From an uncultured Actinomycetes bacterium (GTDB lineage Bacteria > Actinomycetota > Acidimicrobiia > IMCC26256 > PALSA-555): a stretch of 64,000 nucleotides of DNA. The notes below the pieces were generated by a model. That model saw nothing but the letters and a program-made list of their open reading frames with translations, searched no databases and was not told the DNA's origin. The position numbers and the translations under genes are program-made. The stretch covers positions 755,933-819,932 of the forward strand of contig OY970233.1 in the NCBI GenBank assembly GCA_963714105.1. Direction: 5' to 3'. Numbering within the stretch: position 1 is the stretch's first letter; each line of letters begins with the position of its first letter. This document shows positions 1-7,529 of the stretch, piece after piece.

Positions 1-1618
1 GCACGTGCGAACTCTGGAAAGTGATTCGCGTTGACGCAGACCACATTGAGGTCGAACGGTGCCGGGTCTGGCCCGGTTTCCCCGTCGGGCATGGCCTCGA
101 GGCGCTCGCCGGGCACTGAGGAATGGTCGAGCACCGACGTGGCTTGGCCTCCGACCCGGAACGCGTCGACGAGCGTTCGCCCCACCGCACCGAGACCGAT
201 CGCGGACCGGAGGTACCCGACCACGTTCACGCCGACCGGGATGGGGGCTCGCAGCCGGCGGAGCTGCCGGCGGCGGCGCAACCGCTCGACGTCGTCGAGG
301 GAGGGGCGCACAGCCGACGGGATCGGCCGGTCGGTGGTCACGCACCACCGCAGGAACCGTTCGGCCGTCTCCCCGGTCAGCTCGAAGTACGCGAGGGGCA
401 GGCCGCCGTCGTCGGCCCAGAGCCGCTCGAGGTACCGGGAGACGACGGGATGATGCTCGGGGCGGACCGGTTCGTTGAGCCAGGCGACGAAGGCGGCTTC
501 GTCGACGAACGGGTTCGGGGGCTCGGGGTCGGCGTCGCCCGCGGCGCGGGCGAGGGCCTCCCGGTAGAGCTGGCGCATCCGACGGTCGATCGGGGTCCCG
601 TCCGAGAGCCGTTCGAACCGGTACGGAGGGGACGGCTGGTCGAGACCCTCGTCGCGGAGCCGCTCCGTGTACTCGCGGTACAGCCGCGCGAGGTCGGGTC
701 GCTCGGCGAGGGTGACTCGAGGGGTCCCGTCGCACGGGAAGAGCTCCCCGGGTTGTTCGGGGTCGTAGTCCCGGAAGTGCAAGCACCGGAGGCGCACGCC
801 GTCGATGGTCGGTCCGGCATCGGTCTCGGTGATCGGACGGTCGGCGACGTTCCAGTAGCCGACCCCGGAGCCGGGGTCGCGCAGCACGTGCGGACGGAAG
901 GCGCTGGCGACCTGGTCGCCCCAGGCGCGTTGGCGGCTCGCGACCGTGTCGAAGGAGTCGGGCGTGTCGGTCCGGTCCTGGAGCTGAGCCCAGCGCAGCA
1001 TCGGGCGGGCAAGCGGGGTGACGGCGACGAACCCGGGGTTGTAGGGCCCGACGCTGAGCACCGCGGCGCGGAGGGCTCCCGGCCGTCGTCGGGGATCGGC
1101 GTGGGCGCCGAGGGGACGACGACCAGGCCGTGCTCGACCGCGAGCTCGGCGACACCTTCGAACGGAGCGAAGACCTCGGAGGCCGCGTCGAGGTAGAGCG
1201 CGACGGACGCGCCGTGGTCGAGCAAGGAGCTCAGGAGCGACGGCTTCAGGACCTCCACGAGCTCCAGCTGGTCGTAGCGCATGGCCAAGCGCGCGAAGTC
1301 GTCGGGGTCGAGGTCGAGATCGTCGGGACGCAGGATCGTCCAGGGCGCCTCGGTGGGATGCGGCTGCTCGTCGAGCGCGTCGAGGACGAGGACGGCAAGG
1401 GGAGCAGCGTCGGGGTGGTGGCGGCGAAAGGATCCGGCGAGGACCCGAGCTCGCGGGAGGTCTCGGGTGGCAACGACGGTGCACACCTGCAGTGCGTTCA
1501 AGGTTTCGAATGCCTCTCGGAGCCGAGGTTCGTGTGCGGCGAGCCCCAACGGTGCCGGCACACCGTAGCGACCCGGGGAGCGTCGCCGGTATCCTCGACG
1601 TCGTGGGTTCGCTTGCAT
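1..1618 (-). pseudogene. Putative glycosyltransferase (nucleotide-diphospho-sugar transferase-like N-terminal part plus further C-terminal domain). The 3' end runs off the window and there is an apparent 1-nt frameshift near 1080-1090.
   Basis: ORF 377..1618 reads as a normal protein for about 175 aa (QVCTVVATRDLPRARVLAGSFRRHHP...PIPDDGRE), then becomes S/P/T/R-rich. A second minus frame continues sensibly from about 1080 to position 1 (GALRAAVLSVGPYNPGFVAV...VNVVGYLRSAIGLGAVGR...PFDLNVVCVNANHFPEFAR) with no stop before the window edge. The true start is probably internal to the 1618 ORF start. Confidence 0.6.
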
Positions 1619-2202
1619 TGAAGGAGTGGGCGGTCGTGGTGCGGGCCGTGCTCGCCGGCGAGCAGATCCTGGATGTGCGCAAGGGCGGACTGCGCGAGGA
1701 GGGCCGCCACTTCGGCCTGCACGGGGACTGCTTCTGGCTGTACCCGACGTACGAGCACCAACGCGTCGAGCTGGTGAAGCCCGCCTACCGGCGGTGGGTC
1801 ACCGAATCGGATCCGGGTGCGTCGACCGATGGGCACGTCCGGCTCGACGGCTGGGCCGAGGTGGTCGGGGTCGTGACGGTCACCGAGCCCGAGGAGCTGG
1901 CGCGCCTCGGGTCGAAGCTGATCTGGACCGACGACTACGCGGCGTCGCGGTTGCAGTGGAAGCGACGCGACCCGCTGTGGCTGCTCGCGTTGCGCGCGTA
2001 CCGCGTCGACGAGCCGATCCGGGCGCCCTGGCGTGACCGCTACGCGGGGTGCGCGTCGTGGGTCGATCTCGACGAGGTCCCGGACCCGCGCACGGTCGCG
2101 AGCGCACCGGCGTTGAGCGACGAGAGCTTCACGGCTCGGTTGGGGCTGGTCGAGCGGGAGCTCGGCCGATCGTTCGGACCCGCGACAGCGCCGGCGCCCT
2201 AG
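1603..2202 (+). CDS. DUF1802 family protein
   Basis: ORF 1492..2202 trimmed to the in-frame GTG at 1603. The sequence LALKEWAVVVRAVLAGEQILDVRKGGLREE...FWLYPTYEHQ is typical of DUF1802. GC3 is high. Confidence 0.75.
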   Translation: MGSLALKEWAVVVRAVLAGEQILDVRKGGLREEGRHFGLHGDCFWLYPTYEHQRVELVKPAYRRWVTESDPGASTDGHVRLDGWAEVVGVVTVTEPEELARLGSKLIWTDDYAASRLQWKRRDPLWLLALRAYRVDEPIRAPWRDRYAGCASWVDLDEVPDPRTVASAPALSDESFTARLGLVERELGRSFGPATAPAP

Positions 2203-2426
2203 TCCTCCGCCGCGGTCCTCGCGGGATCGTGGAGGCGGTAGCCGCGGTTGCGAGCCTCGTCGAGACGGTCCGGCGCGAACGACGTGAAGGCCTCGGTTCG
2301 CATGATCTCCTCGACCGCCGTGACGACGTCGGGGTCGTCCGAGTCGAGGTCGTAGACGCGCTGCGTTCGCTTGTCGCCGAGGTAACGCGAGTCTTCGAAT
2401 CGGGATGGGCGCTCCACTGGCGTCAC
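2199..2426 (-). CDS. Small hypothetical protein (75 aa)
   Basis: Only the C-terminal 75 codons of ORF 2199..2693 look protein-like (VTPVERPSRFEDSRYLGDKRTQRVYDLDSDDPDVVTAVEEIMRTEAFTSFAPDRLDEARNRGYRLHD). An in-frame GTG lies at 2426. The upstream part of the ORF is R/P-rich with poor GC3. Confidence 0.45.
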   Translation of the reverse strand: MTPVERPSRFEDSRYLGDKRTQRVYDLDSDDPDVVTAVEEIMRTEAFTSFAPDRLDEARNRGYRLHDPARTAAED

Positions 2427-2494
2427 AGTACCTGGGCGGTGCTTCGTCGCCGCGGGTTCGTGGTCATCGCCGTGCGCCTGATGCGGGTGAGCGC

Positions 2495-2530
2495 GAGCGA
2501 GGCGGGGCGCAGTCGCGCCCCGCCTCGCTC
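2495..2530. other. Perfect 16-bp GC hairpin (GAGCGAGGCGGGGCGC-agtc-GCGCCCCGCCTCGCTC) in a non-coding gap of about 300 nt
   Basis: The inverted repeat was read directly. It has no U-tract on either strand. It lies about 200 nt downstream of the 2734..3183 gene and about 70 nt upstream of the 2426 start. Confidence 0.4.
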
Positions 2531-2733
2531 TGTCGGCTGTTGGGTAGCGTCGGCCGTCGCGCGGGAGGGACCAATCCCCGCCGGTCCGGCGCCGGTGTCG
2601 CGGTGTGGTTTCCGCTGGCGGTCCAGCCGGTGTGTGTGGCCTAGCGGCCGCGCACCTCCAGGGTCCCGTGTTGATCATGCATGTACGGACCACCTCCTTT
2701 CCCTGGTAGCCGCACTTGTACCACGTCGGGCGG

Positions 2734-3183
2734 TCAGTCGGGAGGAGATTCGCTGAACGGGTCGGCGGGGGTGCCGATCGCGCCGATGGCCCGCAAGTAG
2801 CGCAGCTGGGTCTCGATGACGCCGTGGACCTGCTCGGGGAGGTACGGCTCGCCGGTCTCCGCCGCCCGTTGGAGAATGTACGCGGTGGTCTCGGCCCCGC
2901 CGAAGATGACGGGGCTGCGCAACGCCGGGCTGGAGCCGTTCGCGGCGACCCCGCGGCTCTTGAAGAACTCGAGTTGGAAGTCGAGGATCCGTCGGACGTC
3001 GTCGGGGGTCAGCGTGGCCGCGAGGTCATCGGGGACGTGCTCGACGACGAACTCGTACGCGTCGTCAGGATCGAACAGCGCCGGTGGTGGTTCCCGCGCG
3101 ATCCGGCCCGCTTCGCGCACGACGAAGATCGCCGCGATTCCGATGATCAACCCGAACGCGAGCAGGCCGGCCACGAGCGCCAC
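2734..3183 (-). CDS. N-terminally membrane-anchored hypothetical protein (149 aa)
   Basis: Intact ORF with high GC3. It has an N-terminal hydrophobic helix (MALVAGLLAFGLIIGIAAIFVV) followed by a soluble acidic domain. No family recognised. Confidence 0.7.
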   Translation of the reverse strand: MALVAGLLAFGLIIGIAAIFVVREAGRIAREPPPALFDPDDAYEFVVEHVPDDLAATLTPDDVRRILDFQLEFFKSRGVAANGSSPALRSPVIFGGAETTAYILQRAAETGEPYLPEQVHGVIETQLRYLRAIGAIGTPADPFSESPPD

Positions 3184-3294
3184 TCACCCGAGCGTACCGG
3201 TCGACCCCGCGAACCGTCGCTGCCGCCGGTTCGGCTCGCCGGCGCGATCCCGCGCGCTGGCTCGCGACGGGGTCGTGTCGGGATGCTGACCGGT

Positions 3295-4926
3295 TCAGGC
3301 GTGGAGGGGGGCGAAGACACCGCCGAGGTAGGACCAGGTGGTGCTCCACGTCGAGCCGTTCCACTGCTTGCTGTACATGCCCTGGTCACCGTTGTCGACG
3401 ACGAACACCCAGAGGCTCCCGTTGAAGACGACGGGGGTCGGGTCGCTGAGCACGGTCTGCCCGGTCCCCGGGCCGCCGAGGCTGGTCCAGGTGTTGGCGC
3501 TGGCGCCGGTGAGCGCCATGGCCCACACCTGGTTGTCGGTGCTGCGCGCGAAGACCCACACGGTCCCGGTCGAGTCGACGATCGGGGTGGGGTCGGACGT
3601 GAGGGTGTGCGCTGGCGTTCCCGGGTCCTCCGACCAGCCCCCCACCGACGACCAGTACGCGAGGTTGCCGTCGCCCGCGCGCACGAACATCCACACCCGA
3701 CCGGTCGGGTCGCACACCGCGGTGGGGTTCGACGTCACGGTGGGGCCACCGAGGGGCGCGAAGCCACCCCAGCTGCCGCCCGAACGCTGGAGATACGACA
3801 TCCCGGAGTCGTTGCCCCGCACGAAGACCCACATGGTGTGCGCCGTGTCGACGACCGCCGCGGCGTTCGAGCTGAGGATCCCGCCGAGCCGGATCCACCC
3901 GGGGCTGGCCTGGGGGCTGACGAAGAGGGCGTTGTCGGTCCCGCGGGCGAACACCCACGTCGTCGTGCCGTCCGCGTCGAGCACCGTGGTCGGGTCGGAG
4001 GTGATCGTCCCGCCGATCGCGTTGCTCAGCGGGGTGAGCGTCCCGCCGTTGTCGGTGACCTGCCAGACCGCCTCGTCGGCCCCGCGGAAGAACAGGGACG
4101 CGTTGGCGTTCTGGGAGACACCAGCGATCTGGGAGTTGACGTTGCCGCCCACCTTCGTCCACCCGGCCCACGTGGTGCCGTCGTAGGTCTGGTACCAGAG
4201 GGCCCCGTCGGCGCCACGGGCAGCGAGGACGAGCTTCGAACCGGCGACCGCGGCCGCGCCGCTCGTCGCGAGCGCGGCGGCGAGCGGCGGTGGTGGAGGT
4301 GGCGGGGGCACGTAGGCGGCGCAGTCCGCGTTGTGGTTCGCGGTGGCGTCGTCGACCGCGGCGGACGCGGAGCAGTAGAGCTCGGTGTACGGCGGGTACG
4401 GGGGGGTGCACAGGACCATCCGGCAGGCGATCGGCCCGATCTCGCCGAACTGGGGGTTGCACTGCCCGTACCGGAAGTAGTTGCAGTGGACCTTGCGGGT
4501 GTTGCAGTCGACCGCGCACCGGCACGGGGAGCACCCGGCGCAGAAGCCGTTCCCGATCGACGGCCCGCAGCACACCTCGTTGCAGTCGATGTAGTACCGG
4601 GGTCCGCCGCCGCAGTAGATGCTGCCGTCGGCGCGCCACCACCCGGCCGGGATCGTGTTGGGCGGGCACTCGTTGTTCCCGAAGTTGATGACACAGCAGA
4701 ACTCGGTGTACCCGTCGGTGCAGAAGGTCCCGCCGGGGCAGTCGGTGATCCGCGTGTACGGACTGCCGGGTTGGGTGACCACCGCGCAACCGGTGGCGGC
4801 GACGGCCGAGCCGACGAGGGTGGCTCGAGCGATGAAGCTGCGCCGGTTCAGCTTCGCGTCGAGGAGGCCGCTGGCCTTCGAGACCAGCCAGTTCCCCCAC
4901 GCGACACCCTCGCTGCGGTCAGTCAC
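3295..4926 (-). CDS. Tat-signal/lipobox protein: 20-Cys domain (methylamine dehydrogenase light-chain-like motifs), poly-Pro linker and seven-bladed PLL/DUF346-type beta-propeller (543 aa)
   Basis: ORF 3295..5658 trimmed to the GTG at 4926, which forms a GTGA overlap with the stop of the MauE-like gene and has a GAGGGG SD about 7 nt upstream. The twin-arginine motif is NRRSFIARATLVGSAVAATGC, with a lipobox-like ATG|C. Cys-rich segments include CPPNTIPAGWW and YIDCNEVCCG. A PPPPPPPP linker follows. There are seven repeats of W-V/M-F-x-R-G-x-D ... W ... LGG. Confidence 0.85.
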   Translation of the reverse strand: MTDRSEGVAWGNWLVSKASGLLDAKLNRRSFIARATLVGSAVAATGCAVVTQPGSPYTRITDCPGGTFCTDGYTEFCCVINFGNNECPPNTIPAGWWRADGSIYCGGGPRYYIDCNEVCCGPSIGNGFCAGCSPCRCAVDCNTRKVHCNYFRYGQCNPQFGEIGPIACRMVLCTPPYPPYTELYCSASAAVDDATANHNADCAAYVPPPPPPPPLAAALATSGAAAVAGSKLVLAARGADGALWYQTYDGTTWAGWTKVGGNVNSQIAGVSQNANASLFFRGADEAVWQVTDNGGTLTPLSNAIGGTITSDPTTVLDADGTTTWVFARGTDNALFVSPQASPGWIRLGGILSSNAAAVVDTAHTMWVFVRGNDSGMSYLQRSGGSWGGFAPLGGPTVTSNPTAVCDPTGRVWMFVRAGDGNLAYWSSVGGWSEDPGTPAHTLTSDPTPIVDSTGTVWVFARSTDNQVWAMALTGASANTWTSLGGPGTGQTVLSDPTPVVFNGSLWVFVVDNGDQGMYSKQWNGSTWSTTWSYLGGVFAPLHA

Positions 4927-5456
4927 TGCGGGCCCCTCGTCGGCTGGATCGCGGCCAGCGTACGCGGCAGGCTCGAGAGGGTCAGGTAACTGAGCCCGAC
5001 GCCGCACACGACGAGCATGAGGAACGGCACACCCGCGAGGGGCTGGTGCGTCACGACCGGGCCGAGGCCGGCCGGGGGTTCGACCGCGACGACGGCCGCG
5101 GCGGCGACCGCGACCAGGTTGACGATGACGTGCAGCCGCGTGGGGGGCGTGTCGGCCTTGCCGAAGCATCCGCACGACGAGATCGGGGCGCCGGACCGCA
5201 ACGCGACGACGACGAAGGCGGCGAACGCCGCGTACGAGACCGCGACGAGGATCGCGGTGGTCCGGTTGCCGACGGCCAGCGCGGCGGTGCCGACGACGAT
5301 CTCGGCGAGCCCGCCGACTCGGACCAGGAGCGGCGAGGTGGGAAGGTGAACGGCCCGCAGCGCGTTCGCGGTGTCGCCGGGCCGCGCGGCCTTGGCCGCG
5401 CCGCCGGCGACGAGCAGCGCGGCGGCGATCGCGAACGGTCCGGCGGCGAGGGTCAT
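4923..5456 (-). CDS. MauE/DoxX-like integral membrane protein
   Basis: Intact 177-aa ORF with 4-5 hydrophobic helices and the SSCGCFGK motif characteristic of the MauE family. An ATGA overlap with the upstream gene and a GTGA overlap with the downstream gene indicate translational coupling. Confidence 0.8.
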   Translation of the reverse strand: MTLAAGPFAIAAALLVAGGAAKAARPGDTANALRAVHLPTSPLLVRVGGLAEIVVGTAALAVGNRTTAILVAVSYAAFAAFVVVALRSGAPISSCGCFGKADTPPTRLHVIVNLVAVAAAAVVAVEPPAGLGPVVTHQPLAGVPFLMLVVCGVGLSYLTLSSLPRTLAAIQPTRGPQ

Positions 5457-5971
5457 GGCCGGGGGGTGAGCTCGGGGGCGATCTGGAGGCTGGCGAGGAC
5501 CTCGTTGACGCGGGGGACGATGGTGTTGCGGTTCGCGTAGGCGCCGAGCACGACGTAGAGGCAGAAGGGTCGGTTCGCCTGGGTGAAGAAGCGCTGCACG
5601 CCGGCCTGGCCGGGGAGACGACGTTGGAGGATGCCGGGATCGAACTCCTCGGGATCAAGCCGTTGCGGGAGGCCCGACGGTGCGAACAGCGCGGTGTTGA
5701 GCTCAGCCGGTCCGAACTCCTTCAACACGACGAGGGCGTCGTTCGGGCCGAGCTTCTCGACCGCGTCGCTGGCGTAATCGGCGACGTCGTTGGGCAGGGG
5801 AATCGTGGCGACGTGCGCGACGGGGTAGGTCTGTTCACCGGGCGGTCCGGGCCGGCCGGGCGCGCCGGCGGCGGCGTCGGAGACCTCGCCGGCCTGGGGC
5901 CGCCGGAAGATCCGACCTTCCCACCCGCGCGGCGGCGAGACGGTCAAGCCGTGCGCTTGGAGCTGGGGCAC
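5453..5971 (-). CDS. Hypothetical soluble protein (172 aa), operon member
   Basis: Intact ORF with protein-like composition and high GC3. It overlaps the MauE-like start by ATGA. No family recognised. Confidence 0.75.
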   Translation of the reverse strand: MPQLQAHGLTVSPPRGWEGRIFRRPQAGEVSDAAAGAPGRPGPPGEQTYPVAHVATIPLPNDVADYASDAVEKLGPNDALVVLKEFGPAELNTALFAPSGLPQRLDPEEFDPGILQRRLPGQAGVQRFFTQANRPFCLYVVLGAYANRNTIVPRVNEVLASLQIAPELTPRP

Positions 5972-5980
5972 GCCTTCTCC

Positions 5981-6574
5981 TTAGACGATCAGCGCAGCGC
6001 TGGTGGCGGCGACGAGCACGAGACACGTTATGGCGGCAATGGTGGCGGCTGCGGACCATCGGTGCACGCGTTGGAGCACGTCCCGGAGGTGCCCGGGGTC
6101 GTCGGCGCGGGCGACGGCGAGGAGCGGCACCGACCGGACGAGCCCGAAGACGCCGCCCACGAGGAGTCCCGCCGGCAGGGATCCGGCGAGGACGACGAGG
6201 GCGAGGGCGAGGTAGACGGTCGAGGTGGTCACGATGGTGACGACACCGAGCCCGAGCTGGAACCCGAAGCCGCCGCCGTAGACCCAGCCGCGGTACCGAG
6301 CCAGCCAGTTCTCGTTGACCTGGCGGTGGACGGTCGGGAGGCGAGCGCCGAAGATCCCGAGATCGAACGCGAGGCCGACCATGCACGCCAGAACGGCGAG
6401 CCCGCCGAGCAGCTTCGGTCCCGGCGACAACTGGTGCAGGCCGACGCCGAGCGCACCCGCGACGGCGCCGATCGCGAGTCCCCCCGCGGTCGAACCGGCG
6501 ACGTACCAGGCGACCGTGCGCCCCCAACGGGTGTGTCGTGCCCGCTCCCCGAGCGGGTTGATGCTGGCCAGCAT
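5981..6574 (-). CDS. Polytopic membrane protein (197 aa, about 5 TM helices), family not recognised
   Basis: Intact ORF with G/A/L/V-rich helices. A GGAG SD lies 6 nt upstream of the ATG, immediately after the micro-ORF stop. Confidence 0.75.
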   Translation of the reverse strand: MLASINPLGERARHTRWGRTVAWYVAGSTAGGLAIGAVAGALGVGLHQLSPGPKLLGGLAVLACMVGLAFDLGIFGARLPTVHRQVNENWLARYRGWVYGGGFGFQLGLGVVTIVTTSTVYLALALVVLAGSLPAGLLVGGVFGLVRSVPLLAVARADDPGHLRDVLQRVHRWSAAATIAAITCLVLVAATSAALIV

Positions 6575-6583
6575 CGATTCTCC

Positions 6584-6661
6584 TCAGGGCGACCACGAGG
6601 AGCGGAGCCCCGCGATGACGGCCACCGCCACCGCGGCGACGGTGAGCTCCGCCGAGCTCAT
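6584..6661 (-). CDS. Candidate 25-aa micro-protein MSSAELTVAAVAVAVIAGLRSSWSP (single hydrophobic helix)
   Basis: This ORF is below the ORF-track size cut-off and was translated by hand. Its ATG overlaps the TGA of the MauD-like gene (ATGA). All 25 codons end in G/C. Its stop is followed by GGAGAATCG and the ATG of the next gene. Confidence 0.5.
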   Translation of the reverse strand: MSSAELTVAAVAVAVIAGLRSSWSP

Positions 6662-7395
6662 CGGGGCGGTTCGACCTCAGGATCGGCGTCGCCGAGGTAG
6701 AGGCTGGCGTCTCCGGGCTTGAGCCCGGCGGCGAGCAGCTGCGCGTCGACGTCGGGTTCGCGCTCGGCGCGACCGGACCGGCGGCGCCGCCCGGAGGCCA
6801 TCCCGGCGTCGTCGAGGGCTTGCTGCACGATGGTGCGCAGGTGCTCCCAGCTCGACGCCGCGCCCTCGCCGATCACGGCTCCACTAGGGCCGTCCACGAG
6901 CGCGAAGTACGGCGCGACGGGCACGTCGTAGTCGTCCCACGCTTCGCTGGACATGACGACCGGGACGTGGGGCGGCGCGAACTTCGACAGCCGGCCCGGG
7001 CTCTCGGCGTCGGCGCCTTTGGTCGCGACGACCAGACGGGCGCCGCCGGGCACCTTCAGGCGCCGGTCGGCGTACGCCGACCAGAACGCCGAACAGGTGG
7101 AGCACCCGCTGGTCAGGAAGGAGACGAGGGTCAGGTGCTCGACGCCGACGACACCGACGCCGATCGCGTCACCCTCGGGGGTGAGACCGGCGAGGTCGGA
7201 GCCGGTCCGCGAAGCCCGGCGGAGGGGCACCTCGAGCCCGGCCCGGGCGGGCTGGTCGTCGTCGGGGTCGAGACCGACGCCGAGCTCGTGCAACGAGCGG
7301 AGGATCTCGGCGTGGCTGCGCAGCAGGCCGGCAACCAAGACGGCGAGCAGCGCCACCACGACGGCGAGCAGAACGACCAGGACCGCCACGGACAC
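6658..7395 (-). CDS. MauD/TlpA-like membrane-anchored thioredoxin-fold protein (CxxC = CSTC)
   Basis: Intact 245-aa ORF with an N-terminal TM helix (VAVLVVLLAVVVALLAVLVAGLL) and the LTSGCSTCSAFW redox motif. It is the first gene of the 7395-to-3295 operon. Confidence 0.8.
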   Translation of the reverse strand: MSVAVLVVLLAVVVALLAVLVAGLLRSHAEILRSLHELGVGLDPDDDQPARAGLEVPLRRASRTGSDLAGLTPEGDAIGVGVVGVEHLTLVSFLTSGCSTCSAFWSAYADRRLKVPGGARLVVATKGADAESPGRLSKFAPPHVPVVMSSEAWDDYDVPVAPYFALVDGPSGAVIGEGAASSWEHLRTIVQQALDDAGMASGRRRRSGRAEREPDVDAQLLAAGLKPGDASLYLGDADPEVEPPR

Positions 7396-7497
7396 GATTG
7401 TGCCAGGGTCTCAGCCTGCTCCTCGTGCCGAAGGTCAGCGCTCGCGCCGAACCTTCCGGTGCGTCGCCAGGACCGGGCTCCCAGGCCAGGATCCCGC

Positions 7498-7513
7498 GGC
7501 TCCGGCCGGAGCC
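7498..7513 (-). terminator. Palindrome GGCTCCGGCCGGAGCC about 17 nt downstream of the acyl-CoA dehydrogenase stop, a possible terminator hairpin
   Basis: A 16-nt perfect palindrome read in the 135-nt gap between the stop at 7530 and the next operon start at 7395. There is no U-tract. Confidence 0.3.
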
Positions 7514-7529
7514 GGGCGGCGGCCTCGAC

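Noticed and set aside
2385-2410. tRNA-like TTCGAATC strings at about 2393, with similar GTTCGAAC-type strings at about 46312 and about 55806.
   Set aside because: The flanking bases do not form a T-stem, and no acceptor, anticodon or D arms can be drawn. All lie inside, or at the edge of, coding sequence.
3295-4926. A claim that the Cys-rich domain carries a tryptophan tryptophylquinone cofactor and is an active amine dehydrogenase.
   Set aside because: Only one candidate Trp pair region (AGWW) is seen, and I could not find a second conserved Trp equivalent to the TTQ partner. No MauG-like di-haem enzyme or electron acceptor is encoded nearby. Light-chain similarity rests on short motifs only.
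2716-4989. A 757-aa plus-strand ORF, together with many other 200-800-aa ORFs in the track (e.g. 123..1196, 5624..6700, 7398..8762, 13497..14633, 37757..39709, 42406..43830, 55123..56838).
   Set aside because: They lie antisense to, or out of frame with, clearly conserved genes. They are dominated by Arg/Gly/Pro/Asp/Ala, as expected when a 70+% GC coding region is read in the wrong frame, and contain no recognisable motifs. They are artefacts of stop-codon scarcity.
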